Position numbers and translations under genes: made by a program | The notes under the pieces: model-generated | The model's input: the letters and a program-made list of their open reading frames with translations, nothing else | What the model was told of the DNA's origin: nothing | Database searches by the model: none | Assembly: GCA_030745755.1 (NCBI GenBank) | Contig: JASLOA010000004.1 | Coordinates: forward strand, 3,462-67,461 | Length of the DNA stretch: 64,000 nucleotides | DNA from: Kiritimatiellia bacterium | GTDB lineage: Bacteria > Verrucomicrobiota > Kiritimatiellia > UBA8416 > JABMPJ01 | Direction of reading: 5' to 3' | Shown: piece by piece, positions 37,203 through 46,973 of the stretch | Position numbering within the stretch: the first letter of the stretch is position 1 | How the letters are laid out: every line of letters starts with the position of its first letter

Positions 37203-38678
37203 CTACGCCAGATCGATCGCAAGAGCATTGGTATAATCGGTCGGAAGCTTTTCCGGCAGCTCGACGGTCAGCACACCAAAGGCCTGGCTGAAGCGGCACT
37301 CACCGGCACCCAGAAGCCTGACGGATGCGACCCGGTCGGCCTCGGTCAGGCTCTTGATGACCGCCACGCGCTTCTCGGGCACACCAAGCATAAAGGCATA
37401 CAGCGTGTTGCCCTTGGCGACAAAACGGTAATCCGAACTGTTCCAGGCAACTTTTTCCTCGCTGAAGCCCTCGAGCAGTACGCGGCTATCTCCTTCCCCA
37501 TACTCACGCCAGGGCCGCGTGCCGTAGATCGCTTCGCCGCAGACGGCGAACCAATTGGCCAGCTCTTCCAAGAGGTAACGCGTCTCGTCGTCGATCGTGC
37601 CGTCCGGCTTCTGCAGAATGTTCAGCAGCATGCAGCCGTTCTTGGCGATGATATCGATCAGCATCTCGATGACGTGCCCCGGCTTCTTGAAGGCCTGCTT
37701 CACATCGTAGAACCAGTTGCCGATACAGGTATCGGTCTGCCACGGCTCGGGATTGATCCCGGGCAGCTGGCTCTTTTCGATATCCAGAACGCCCACCTTA
37801 TAGATCTCGGGACGCCGGTCTTTCTGGTTGTAGACGGCCCGGTTCTCGCCATGTTGCGCGATCGATGTGTTGTAGAGATGTGCGACGACATCAAGGCCCT
37901 GTGCAAAGTCAGCATCTCCCGGTTCCGACTCATCATGTGCCCCGAATGGCAAGACTCCGTCGGAGTAGAGCAGGTCCGGCTGGTAGAGATCCACCACCTC
38001 GCGCAACACGGCCTGCCAGTAGTCACGGAACTTCGCGTTGGGGGTATACCACGGGCGGCACGTCAGCCATTTGGAGAGATCCTCGCCTGTCCGCACGTGT
38101 TCGTAGTTGTCGAGGTAGAAGTCGCGGTAAGCCGGATCATTGCCGTCGTAGGGAACGCCGGCATAGGGACCATCGACATCGGCCCCCTTGTTCGTACGCC
38201 ACCACGAAAAGGTGGTGGCCAGATGTTCGGTCAGCCCAAAGGGCATGTCCTGGGCTTTCGCGGCAGCCTTCCAGAGGCCGCAGATATCCTTCATCGGCCC
38301 GACCTGCATCGAGTTGAAGCGGTTAAGCTTGCTGGGATAGTTGAAGAAATGGTCGTGATGCATGGCCTGGCCGACGAAGTAGCGAGCTCCGGCCTTCCTG
38401 TAGAGCGCCATCAACTCCTCGGGATCAAACTTCTCCGCCTTCCAGAGGGCGCAAATGTCCTTGTAACCGAACTCGGATGGATGTCCGTAGTGACGAACGT
38501 GATAAAGGTTCTGCGGGTGGCCCTGCACATACATGTGGCGCGCATACCAGTCCCCGTACATGGGCACGCTCTGCGGCCCCCAGTGACTCCAGATCCCGAA
38601 CTTCGCATCCCGAAACCACGCCGGACACTCGTACTGTTGTAGCGATTGAAACGTCGGCTCAAATGTGTTTGTACTCAT
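37203..38678 (-). CDS. Alpha-L-fucosidase (GH29)
   Basis: PAWFRDAKFGIWSHWG, WKAEKFDP, AGARY..MHHD, PDLLYSDG, WQTDTCIGNWFY, KNGCMLLNI, GEAIYGTRPW. Confidence 0.93.
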   Translation of the reverse strand: MSTNTFEPTFQSLQQYECPAWFRDAKFGIWSHWGPQSVPMYGDWYARHMYVQGHPQNLYHVRHYGHPSEFGYKDICALWKAEKFDPEELMALYRKAGARYFVGQAMHHDHFFNYPSKLNRFNSMQVGPMKDICGLWKAAAKAQDMPFGLTEHLATTFSWWRTNKGADVDGPYAGVPYDGNDPAYRDFYLDNYEHVRTGEDLSKWLTCRPWYTPNAKFRDYWQAVLREVVDLYQPDLLYSDGVLPFGAHDESEPGDADFAQGLDVVAHLYNTSIAQHGENRAVYNQKDRRPEIYKVGVLDIEKSQLPGINPEPWQTDTCIGNWFYDVKQAFKKPGHVIEMLIDIIAKNGCMLLNILQKPDGTIDDETRYLLEELANWFAVCGEAIYGTRPWREYGEGDSRVLLEGFSEEKVAWNSSDYRFVAKGNTLYAFMLGVPEKRVAVIKSLTEADRVASVRLLGAGECRFSQAFGVLTVELPEKLPTDYTNALAIDLA

Positions 38679-38797
38679 GATCAAGTTTCCCCGCTTGTTG
38701 TGTGGGTTCTGTCAAAGCTGACAGCCCGTATTCTTGCCTAATGCTATTTGTTACAGGGGTGGCCATGTTGTGACCTTCTCCCGTTTTACTGCCATGT

Positions 38798-38884
38798 CGG
38801 TGGACGATAGCGGGCGACGAGAGCGGTGGACGATGAGACGCTCTCCACTCGTTACCCGCTCTCGTCGCCCGCCATCGTCAACCC
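38798..38884 (-). repeat. ~86-bp palindromic element, copy 4 (minus orientation)
   Basis: Reverse complement GGTTGACGATGGCGGGCGACGAGAGCGGGTAACGA...ATCGTCCACCGCTCTCGTCGCCCGCTATCGTCCACCG. Confidence 0.8.
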
Positions 38885-38982
38885 AGTCCCCTCTTCATGA
38901 CTTTTTCTTAAAATTTTTTGACCGAATCGTTGTGTGTTCAGTTCTCTCAACTTCCCGTTGCAGCCCCTCAGTCGTAGAAGCG

Positions 38983-41900
38983 CTAGTCCGAGATCTCGTC
39001 TTTCGCCAACGGATGATCGGTGAGCATTGCTTTGTCCGCGGCGGATTGGATTTCTTTTGCGGTTCGGGGGTAGTTGTATACCGTCAGCGAGCGGATGGCT
39101 CCGTTGAAGGGGTTGGTTTCGCCTTGGGTGTCGCCGAAACCGGCGCCGAGGTACATCGAGTATCCGGGCAGTGTCGCGATCGACGTGGTGCGGTCGGCGA
39201 CTTGTTGGCCATTGATGTAGATGCGGGCCTGGCTCCGCGGTCCACCGTCGTAGACGTAGGTCACGTGCATCCACTGGTCGGCTTGGACGCCCTTCGGGAG
39301 CGAGCGGTTGTATCCGACGCCCTGAGAGATGCCCGTGTTACCCGGGGAACCGAAGTAGGTTTCTCCCCGCACGCGTCCAAGCTGTGGCGACAGGGCGAAG
39401 ACGGCCTCTTTCGTATTCAGCTTCTTGGGACGAATCATCATCTCGACCGTGAACGGGCAATCGGCCGTCAGCGTGGCCGGCGTCTTGGCTGTAGACATCA
39501 TGTAGGTCGTCTTGCCGTTGAACTCGACGGCTCGCAGCCCATCTACCGTGGTGACGGTCGGCGTGTGGTCCACATCGGGAATCGTCGCGAACGAACCCTT
39601 CAGCGACCCGGTGTTCTTCAGCATCGAGACCCGCTGATTCTTTTTCACGTCTTGGCCCACGCGGACGTTGACCAGGGCTTCATCGTCGCCCACGGTGTGG
39701 TCCCTGGCGAGGGCCTGGACCTCGTCGGCCGACAAGGCTCGCCCCAGAATCTTCAGCGAATGCAGGTAGACATAATTGATGCCGTTTTGCTTCGATCCGA
39801 TCACCAGCTTACCGTCGCCGGGGATGTCGATCCCGTCGCATTCCATCTCGTTGGTCATTCGCCCATCGACGTAATATTTCAGCATCTTGCCGTCGTAGAC
39901 GAGCGACACGTTGCGCCACATGTAGGCCATGTGCGGATTGAAATCGTTGTCCTCACGAATGTTGTAATGCGTTTCACGTTTTGGGGCACGGGAGAACGCA
40001 ACCTTCACCTGTTTCTTCTGTGCGTCGAGGCTATGTGCCGTAAACGCGATCGCGTCTTGCGGCAGCTGCACACCGTAGTCAAAGGCGGCGCCGTCACCGC
40101 ACCAGCTCAGGACGCGGGGCCCGCGCCGTTGGCTGACCTCGTCGACGATTTGGACGTTCAGCGTGAACGGACCTTTTTTCAGCGCTTCGGGCGTGTCGAA
40201 CGTTGCGGTCAACGTCCGGCCGGGGGTCATCTTGATCGCATGGACCTTATTGAACACCATGCCGGTGAGACCAAAGATGTCGCCGCGTTTTCCTGCGACG
40301 AAATCGACCTTGGCCGACCCGGTGTTTTTCCATTCGTCCAGCTTGCCGGGGGGCAGGGCCTCGGCCTGCAGTGCGATCAGCGCCGGCGGGGTCTTGCGGG
40401 CCGGCGGAACCACGCCACTGCCGCCCTTGGCGAACACATGCGACGTCGCGTTGGCGGCGATTTGCTCGGGGGTCAATTTGCCCTTGTGCAAACGCACGGC
40501 TGCGATGGATCCGTTGAAGTAGTCCTTCCAGTTCCATCGGATATCGTCATATCGTCCGCCGAGGTGCATTCGCTGATTCGCCTTGGGTGCGAGCGCGCCG
40601 ACGGTTTTCTTGATCGGGCTGCCGTTGACGTACACGTTCGCGGGGCCATCAAACACCACCGTCACCGCCTGTTGTCCCTTGGGCAGGTTGTCGGCGGTCA
40701 GCAGGAAATCGCCCCATTGCAGAATCACTTCGCCGGGGTTCTCTGCCTGGTTGTCCAGCCACAATTCCAGCGTGCCGGGTGCGTTCCTGATGAGCTCAGC
40801 GGTCGGCTCGAACCCAGAGACCATGCGGTCCATACCGTCGAAGGTCGGGATCTTCCCGCCCAGCTTCTTTCTCAATACCGGCGTGCTTCCGGAGTATCCC
40901 CACGTCGTCGCGTGAATATCGTTATGCACGCGCCCGCCAAGGATGCCCTTGTTGCTCCAGCTCCGCAGCCACGGTTTTCGCAGGCGTTTGGGGTACGTCG
41001 GCTGATGATACCGCTTCTGCGTGTCGGCCAGCAGGCGCGCGTCCAAGTCGATGAACAACTTGTCGGCCACCGCCAAATCGTCGCGGGTGAAGCTCGGCAA
41101 TTGCATCGAATAGAACCGACGCACTTGATACTCGGTCAGGTCGTAATCGTAAATCTTCACCGACGCCAACGCGCCAAGCAAACCGTCGCTGACCTTGCCG
41201 CGGGCATCCACTCGACCGCCGACATAAATCGACTGCTTCTGCGGAATGCTGAATGTCATCGGCGTCTCGTGTTCGAGGATTCCGTTCACATAGACGCGGT
41301 ACAGGCCCACGCCGGTGTCGATCGAGCCTTCTTCGCCCGGCCCCTTGTAGACCTGTATGACATGGTTCCAGTGGCCCTTCGGCAGGTTCAGCCTGGCGGT
41401 CTTCTTTTGGCCATGATCGTAGATCGTTCCGTCGCGGTTCAGATAGAAGCCGGTTCCGTTGTCATCTTTTTCGCCCCATCCGGCGATGAGTTGCTCGGCG
41501 CTGCCGGAGGCGTCCGCAGCTTGGTAGACCCAGTATTCGATACTGAACGGCAAGTTTCGGCTGAGGTTCCATTTGATCTTCTCGTCCCACTTGAATGCGG
41601 TGGTTCCGTCGAAGCTGACGGCAGAGACGCCGGCGACGGTGGTGAGTGTGGGCTTGCCGCCGTAGGGGAGGAAGCTTCCCTTGGTTCCGGGTCTGGGGTA
41701 GAGCCGGGCGGTGGTTCCATTCCAGGCTTTGATCCAGGCATTGTTGTTCCACTTCGTCACATGTCCCGACGCATCGGTTTCGACATCGGTGTTTGCATCG
41801 AGATCGACCATCCGATCGCCCGGAAGGTAGTCCGTCAGCGCGACGGCCTGTCGATAGTTGTTACTGAACATGGCTTCGCGTCTGGCAGGATCACCAAATG

Positions 41901-44484
41901 CCTGCATGAAGACGGCCATATTCTCGTGGTAGTTGTTGGCGTTGTATCCGGCGAGACCGATGTTGGTATCGGCGGTCCCCAGCCAGATATCCTCGATCAG
42001 AGAGAAGTACCCAGGAACACCAAAGCCCAGCAGATTGAAGACCTCGTGTCCCATCTCGTGCACGAGCAGCAAGTCCTTCGATTCGACTCCGCCGTAGCTC
42101 TGTCCCGTGCCAAACCCGCGGAAGAAGGGCTTGCCTGATCCTTCATAGGAGGTGAGGGTGCTTGCGATGTTTCGCTGTGCTGCCAGGGCGAGCAGGTATC
42201 GGTTTTTTCCGTACATCTCGGTGGTTGCGATGACTTTGTGGAGCATCATGTCCTGATCGGATCCCATCGAGGCCACGGCGCCGGGGCCGAAGTCCAACTT
42301 CACTATTTTCGCACCGCGACCGGCGGATTGGTTTGAGTCCAGGTTCGGCAACGACGAGGGAATGTCTCGCTCGGGGGTGAAGTAGGGCTTGGTTGTGAAC
42401 GACCACGTGTCGCCCTTGGCGATGTAGGAGGTGAGCAGTTTTCCGGGTTTCATTCCGTGGTGGGGTTGGCCTTTAACCTTCGGTTCGGTTCCCGGCTCGC
42501 GTGTTTCGTATGCGATATCGACGCGCCAGTAGTAGGTCTTTCCGGGAACGGTCTCGGTTCCGTTCAGCTGATACTCCGAGGTGCCTCCCCAGCGACCGGG
42601 GCGTACCCGCGCGAGGGGTTCGGTCATCGCGTCGAGTTCCTCTGGTGTTTCAGCTACATACAAATGCTGAGAGGAGGCGGCCGGCGCCGGGCCGCCCGTC
42701 CATTTCAGCGTGTAGATCGTGTTGACCGATTCGCCCTCAGCCGGGTTGGGGTCTCGTGCGATTCCCGTGCCCGCGGAGAACGACCAGACGTCGCCTGCGA
42801 CCAGGAGATTTCCCTTGTCGTCCAGCTGGTCGACGGCCCAGAAGTAGGTGCGTCCGGGAAGTGTGTCAAACCGCGGCAAGGAGGACTCTTTCGTGCGTGT
42901 GGCCTTGGCGCTCCGGTTCTTCACGGCCTCTTCGTCCAGCGACAGGGCGACATCGTATTGCGTCGCCTCCGGGTGGGCGGCAGACCAACGCGGCGTGGCA
43001 AACTGTGCCATCATCTTTTCTTTGTCCGCCGGTTGGGGGCCCGCTGCCTTCGTGAACCCGGCATTCAGGCGGACACCCAGTGGCGTCATCGCGTAGTCGT
43101 ACAGCCGTAGGTCGGCGATTCCACCGTCGAGGACGCTGAGCACATCGGGTCCCTGAGCGGCCATATACCACGCCGATCCCCAGTTTCCGCCAAGGAAGAA
43201 ATGTTTCCGCCTATCTTCGGGGATGGTTTTTCCGGGCGTCTTTCCATCTTCGCTGGGGGTGACGAACGATCCGGGCCCATACATCCACCGCCGCATCGGA
43301 TTGAGGGTGTAGCTCCCGTGGTCCGTGCCGTAATCGATGCTCATGATTCGGTAGTAGTATCGGGTTCCTGGCTCGAGCTTCTCGAACGAGAATTGCACCT
43401 CGCCCTCCGGTGCCCACGCGATCGACGCACACTGATCCCAACGCCAATGCCGCATCTGGAACCAATGCTTATGGTCGACCTTGTCGAGGTAGCACGAGAC
43501 GGTGGCCGTCCCATTTTTCGCAAGCAACTGCGCCTGGACCGTCGCGGACTCGGACGTCAGCTTCGTGACGGTGGGTGTCTCGACAATACTGTCGTACTGC
43601 GTTTCGTAGGTCATCTCGCCATCGACATAGACGCGGAACACCCCATCGTCTCCGCCGGTGTAGGTGTAGGTCACATGCTGCCATCGGTCGGCGGGATGGA
43701 TCCCGGTGTGTCCCTTGCGGTCGCCCTTCGTGCCGCGTGCTGTTTTGCTCATGCCGCCGATATCGCACTCGCGTCCATGGTTGAGGATCGTGCCGTGGTC
43801 ACCCCCGATGCTATGCCAGGACAGAAGCGTTCTCCCACCCTCGACGGATGCATCGGTTTGTGTGTACAGCCAGGCCGAGGCGGTGAATGGCTGCTTTTGG
43901 TCCAAACGATCCTCGAGCGTGAAGCTGCTGGTCATCATCTCGAACTTCGGTGGCGCGAACTGCCCCTTCTTGTTGGTCTCAAAGAAGATGCCTTTTCTTC
44001 CCTGCACCTCGCGAACGTGCGGCGGGTAGTTGATCTTCACAAACTCGCCCCCGAGCGTGCCGGTGTTTTTTACTTCCTTCAGCGGCCCGATGGGCAAATC
44101 GTCCACCGTGACGTGGATGAGTCGGTTTTTGCTCTTTTCATCACCGGAGAAGGTCCAATGCGTCATTTCCCTGGGGAAGTCACGCAGAGCCATCTGCGAA
44201 AGCAGGTAGCACATGTCCGGGGCCGAGAAGTAAAAGAGCGGAACCCGCAGGTTCTTGCCCGTCTTGGGGTCGATGAGATTCGCGCGGTACTCTTCGAGCG
44301 AGTCTAGCTTGCCCCGGAAGTTTCCCGTCTTGTTCCCCCAATGCTGGAATACTCTGTCCTGGGTCGGTTCCGGGGTGAAGGCCTGGGTCGTCTTCTCAAT
44401 TCCCGCATGGGCTATCCCGCCACACAGCGTCGCCAATACGAGGAGTCCTACCGTCAACGTCCGATACCGATTCGAATGAGTCAT
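38983..44484 (-). CDS. Giant secreted multi-LamG zincin, paralogue of 15952..21522
   Basis: Start ATG 44484 with GGAG RBS and signal peptide; shared SWHS(I/L)GGxHGT, GxxWGSxWY, HEMGH (42046-42060)..ENMAV, KPWLRS, GR(V/I)HNDIH, WxYSGS, FDGMDRM. Confidence 0.82.
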   Translation of the reverse strand: MTHSNRYRTLTVGLLVLATLCGGIAHAGIEKTTQAFTPEPTQDRVFQHWGNKTGNFRGKLDSLEEYRANLIDPKTGKNLRVPLFYFSAPDMCYLLSQMALRDFPREMTHWTFSGDEKSKNRLIHVTVDDLPIGPLKEVKNTGTLGGEFVKINYPPHVREVQGRKGIFFETNKKGQFAPPKFEMMTSSFTLEDRLDQKQPFTASAWLYTQTDASVEGGRTLLSWHSIGGDHGTILNHGRECDIGGMSKTARGTKGDRKGHTGIHPADRWQHVTYTYTGGDDGVFRVYVDGEMTYETQYDSIVETPTVTKLTSESATVQAQLLAKNGTATVSCYLDKVDHKHWFQMRHWRWDQCASIAWAPEGEVQFSFEKLEPGTRYYYRIMSIDYGTDHGSYTLNPMRRWMYGPGSFVTPSEDGKTPGKTIPEDRRKHFFLGGNWGSAWYMAAQGPDVLSVLDGGIADLRLYDYAMTPLGVRLNAGFTKAAGPQPADKEKMMAQFATPRWSAAHPEATQYDVALSLDEEAVKNRSAKATRTKESSLPRFDTLPGRTYFWAVDQLDDKGNLLVAGDVWSFSAGTGIARDPNPAEGESVNTIYTLKWTGGPAPAASSQHLYVAETPEELDAMTEPLARVRPGRWGGTSEYQLNGTETVPGKTYYWRVDIAYETREPGTEPKVKGQPHHGMKPGKLLTSYIAKGDTWSFTTKPYFTPERDIPSSLPNLDSNQSAGRGAKIVKLDFGPGAVASMGSDQDMMLHKVIATTEMYGKNRYLLALAAQRNIASTLTSYEGSGKPFFRGFGTGQSYGGVESKDLLLVHEMGHEVFNLLGFGVPGYFSLIEDIWLGTADTNIGLAGYNANNYHENMAVFMQAFGDPARREAMFSNNYRQAVALTDYLPGDRMVDLDANTDVETDASGHVTKWNNNAWIKAWNGTTARLYPRPGTKGSFLPYGGKPTLTTVAGVSAVSFDGTTAFKWDEKIKWNLSRNLPFSIEYWVYQAADASGSAEQLIAGWGEKDDNGTGFYLNRDGTIYDHGQKKTARLNLPKGHWNHVIQVYKGPGEEGSIDTGVGLYRVYVNGILEHETPMTFSIPQKQSIYVGGRVDARGKVSDGLLGALASVKIYDYDLTEYQVRRFYSMQLPSFTRDDLAVADKLFIDLDARLLADTQKRYHQPTYPKRLRKPWLRSWSNKGILGGRVHNDIHATTWGYSGSTPVLRKKLGGKIPTFDGMDRMVSGFEPTAELIRNAPGTLELWLDNQAENPGEVILQWGDFLLTADNLPKGQQAVTVVFDGPANVYVNGSPIKKTVGALAPKANQRMHLGGRYDDIRWNWKDYFNGSIAAVRLHKGKLTPEQIAANATSHVFAKGGSGVVPPARKTPPALIALQAEALPPGKLDEWKNTGSAKVDFVAGKRGDIFGLTGMVFNKVHAIKMTPGRTLTATFDTPEALKKGPFTLNVQIVDEVSQRRGPRVLSWCGDGAAFDYGVQLPQDAIAFTAHSLDAQKKQVKVAFSRAPKRETHYNIREDNDFNPHMAYMWRNVSLVYDGKMLKYYVDGRMTNEMECDGIDIPGDGKLVIGSKQNGINYVYLHSLKILGRALSADEVQALARDHTVGDDEALVNVRVGQDVKKNQRVSMLKNTGSLKGSFATIPDVDHTPTVTTVDGLRAVEFNGKTTYMMSTAKTPATLTADCPFTVEMMIRPKKLNTKEAVFALSPQLGRVRGETYFGSPGNTGISQGVGYNRSLPKGVQADQWMHVTYVYDGGPRSQARIYINGQQVADRTTSIATLPGYSMYLGAGFGDTQGETNPFNGAIRSLTVYNYPRTAKEIQSAADKAMLTDHPLAKDEISD

Positions 44485-44738
44485 GAGGGTCTCCATAGGG
44501 GTGTCCGATTCTCGAACACGAGCTCGTACGTACCATAGCGTCCAGTCGGCATCGTTGGGGCTCAGGGCCAGACCCAGGCTTAGCACTTTGCTAGCAACCT
44601 CTCTCACCGCTCCTACGTACATCGCGTTATCCTTCTGCCTCTGTAATCAGCTTGGCCTTTACTGCAGTCTCACCCCATCACCCATCAAGGCCGCGAAAGA
44701 CCTGCACCGGACCAGTTAATGTTCTGCGACCCCATGAC

Positions 44739-44990
44739 CTATGGACTGCACCGTAACACCAGACGCTTGGCCGCTTTGGCCCATTGCGTCAGCCGTTCTG
44801 GATGTTCGTGGCATGTGGCGATTTCGTGGTGGATCACTTCGACATGGCAGCCTTTGGATTTCTCCAGGATGTCCTCGAGATATACCATGTCCTGCGCCAC
44901 ATCCCACCCCGGTCGTGATATCGATGCAGCACTGGGTTTGATCGAGTAGATGTAGCCGGTACCAATTGCTTCCGCCGCGACGGCGACTCT
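44739..44990 (-). pseudogene. C-terminal remnant of a conserved hypothetical (UroD-like barrel family)
   Basis: AEAIGTGYIYSIKPSAA..WD..LEDILEKSKGCHVEVIHHEIATCHEHPERLTQWAKAA*; in-frame stop upstream and no start codon. Confidence 0.5.
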
Positions 44991-45075
44991 CTCAAGCGGA
45001 TTCTGTGTCGTTTTTCATACCACCAAAGCTTTACGCATCGATAGCCTTGCGATCAAGAGTACGCTTCCGTAGAAA

Positions 45076-45229
45076 ACAGGGACATTTCCGATGCTCAGGT
45101 GAGAGCATGCGTATGGCGGTGCCAACTGGTGAGCGAATGGGGTCCCATATGGGCTTGCCCTGCGCCTCGATGAAGCCCTGGGACGTGCAGCAACAGCACG
45201 GGGCTACAGGAAGTCGGAAATGACACCCT
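45076..45229. promoter_or_regulatory. Diverged relative of the divergent promoter module
   Basis: Site on minus strand 45076-45092 (ATCGGAAATGTCCCTGT) and on plus strand from 45213 (GTCGGAAATGAC); 45177-45222 aligns with 6317-6362; 45121-45181 aligns with 15197-15256. Confidence 0.7.
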
Positions 45230-45367
45230 AATGTACGGTTTCGTGCCGTTGGTGTGTGCCCCTCGTCGAACCTATACTGTGGTGTCAGCATTGAGGTGGG
45301 AAAGGTGTGTGTTGCCGGGGGTGCGTGGGCTGAATATGGGGAATGCGAGAAACAGAAAGGGCGCGTC

Positions 45368-46960
45368 ATGATCGATCGACGTGATTCGGAAATCAGATCG
45401 TCGTGGTTCCGCATGTTGTCTGTCGCCGTTCTGGCGTCGGTTTTTCTGACCTCCGTGCCCGTCGCCTTCGGGCAGGCTGGCCGAGGTGCATCCGCGGATG
45501 ACTGGTTTGTCAAATCTGCTAAGGACAGGAAAGAACAGTTGCAGCAGGGCATCAAGGGCGGTGAGAAACGCGATATCATTCCCTCTGTGCCCGGTATGCC
45601 GATTCCGCAAACCGACCGGATGAAGCCGCCGTCGCCTGATTTCCTGTTGGCGAAAGTAAAGTGGGGCAAGGCTGCGATTATCGGCGATGAGTTGACTCAG
45701 GATTGGAATCTCGCGCCCAATGATATGCTGGAGTTTCACCGGAAGGCGCGCAGCAGGGATTTCAAGTATATGCCCACCCAGACGTCCATCCATGAGTTCA
45801 GTTTTGACCCGCACCTGATGCCCTCCATTCTGTTGAGCGGTGTTCGTGAGTTGAATTTTTCTCCGGAAGGCATCAATCGACTCCGCAAATACGTTCTGGC
45901 TGGTGGGATGATTGTATGCGACTCGGTTTACGGATCGCCGTGGTTCTATGAATCGGCGAAGAAGCTGTTTGATGAGATGTTCCCTGAGTCACGGTTCAGG
46001 AAGCTGCCGCCGGATCACCCGCTCTTTCACATGGTGGCTGATCTTGATACGGCAACCTACCGCTGCGGCGGCGAGGAAGAGGATGGTAAACCGTTTTTGG
46101 AAGGGCTTTACATTGGCAGTCGTGTTGGCGTGTTGGTGTCGAAGTACGGCCTGGGCTGTGGTCTGGCCGGCGAGATGGATGTCTTTGAAAAGTTGGAGGC
46201 GAAAGGGCTTAAACCCAAGGCGTATAGCCAGGAGACCGCCCGGCTGATCGGCGAGAACCTGGCTCCGTACATCGTCGGCTACGGTCGGGTGGGGGAAGCG
46301 GAGGGTAAGGTCGAGCTGTTCGGAAAGCTTGATGAGAATGCGCCCACATCCGAATTCATCTTTGCCCAGGTGAAGCATGAGGGTGCCTGGAATGCGCATC
46401 CGGGTGCGGCACGACAGTTGTTGATGAAGCTGGAAAAGGATTCCGCTATTCCCGTCAACTTCAAGCGCGTGACAGTCGATCTTGCGCGCGACGACATTGA
46501 CGCCTATCCCTTCTTGTTCTTCACCGGGCTGGACGATTTCGTCTTGACTGATCAGCAGATCGCCGCCTTGCGTAAACACGTCATGCGCGGCGGCACGCTC
46601 GTCGTCAATAATGCGCTCGGACTGGCGACGTTTCATCAGGCCGTGGTTCGCGAGATGCGGCGTGCATTTCCGCAAAGCGAACTGGCGCTGCTGCCGCAAA
46701 CGCATGAGATATTCCGCAACTTGCACACGATTAAGCATGTCAGATATACCCCCACGCTGATGAAGGACAAGGGCGAGGAGCTGAAGGGGCGCCCCGTTCT
46801 GTTTGGTGCGAAAGTGGCAGGTAGACTGAGTGTGATTTATAGCCCGTACGATGTTGAGGGCGGCTGGAACGAGGTCCGCTATCCCTTGAGTCGAGGATAT
46901 CAGTCAGCCTCAGCGAAACAACTGGGTTGTAATATCGTGATGTATGCGATGGAACATTGA
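45368..46960 (+). CDS. Secreted tandem DUF4159 domain protein
   Basis: Two LRK(Y/H)VxxGG..F..LPxxHxxF units; YPFLFFTG; SPYDVEGGW; LGCNIVMYA; start uncertain (45368/45413). Confidence 0.8.
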   Translation: MIDRRDSEIRSSWFRMLSVAVLASVFLTSVPVAFGQAGRGASADDWFVKSAKDRKEQLQQGIKGGEKRDIIPSVPGMPIPQTDRMKPPSPDFLLAKVKWGKAAIIGDELTQDWNLAPNDMLEFHRKARSRDFKYMPTQTSIHEFSFDPHLMPSILLSGVRELNFSPEGINRLRKYVLAGGMIVCDSVYGSPWFYESAKKLFDEMFPESRFRKLPPDHPLFHMVADLDTATYRCGGEEEDGKPFLEGLYIGSRVGVLVSKYGLGCGLAGEMDVFEKLEAKGLKPKAYSQETARLIGENLAPYIVGYGRVGEAEGKVELFGKLDENAPTSEFIFAQVKHEGAWNAHPGAARQLLMKLEKDSAIPVNFKRVTVDLARDDIDAYPFLFFTGLDDFVLTDQQIAALRKHVMRGGTLVVNNALGLATFHQAVVREMRRAFPQSELALLPQTHEIFRNLHTIKHVRYTPTLMKDKGEELKGRPVLFGAKVAGRLSVIYSPYDVEGGWNEVRYPLSRGYQSASAKQLGCNIVMYAMEH

Positions 46961-46973
46961 GGGTTAGTTAAAG

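Noticed and set aside
38734-42138. 1134-aa plus-strand ORF
   Set aside because: Antisense shadow of the LamG giant; no recognisable motifs and composition typical of reverse-complemented GC-rich codons. The same applies to 18931..20559, 30607..32136 and 7977..9233.
44485-44622. Extended N-termini from the ORF track (also 25391, 30550, 45254, 61634, 2915)
   Set aside because: Downstream ATGs have better RBS and/or signal peptides; some extensions run through repeats or promoter DNA.
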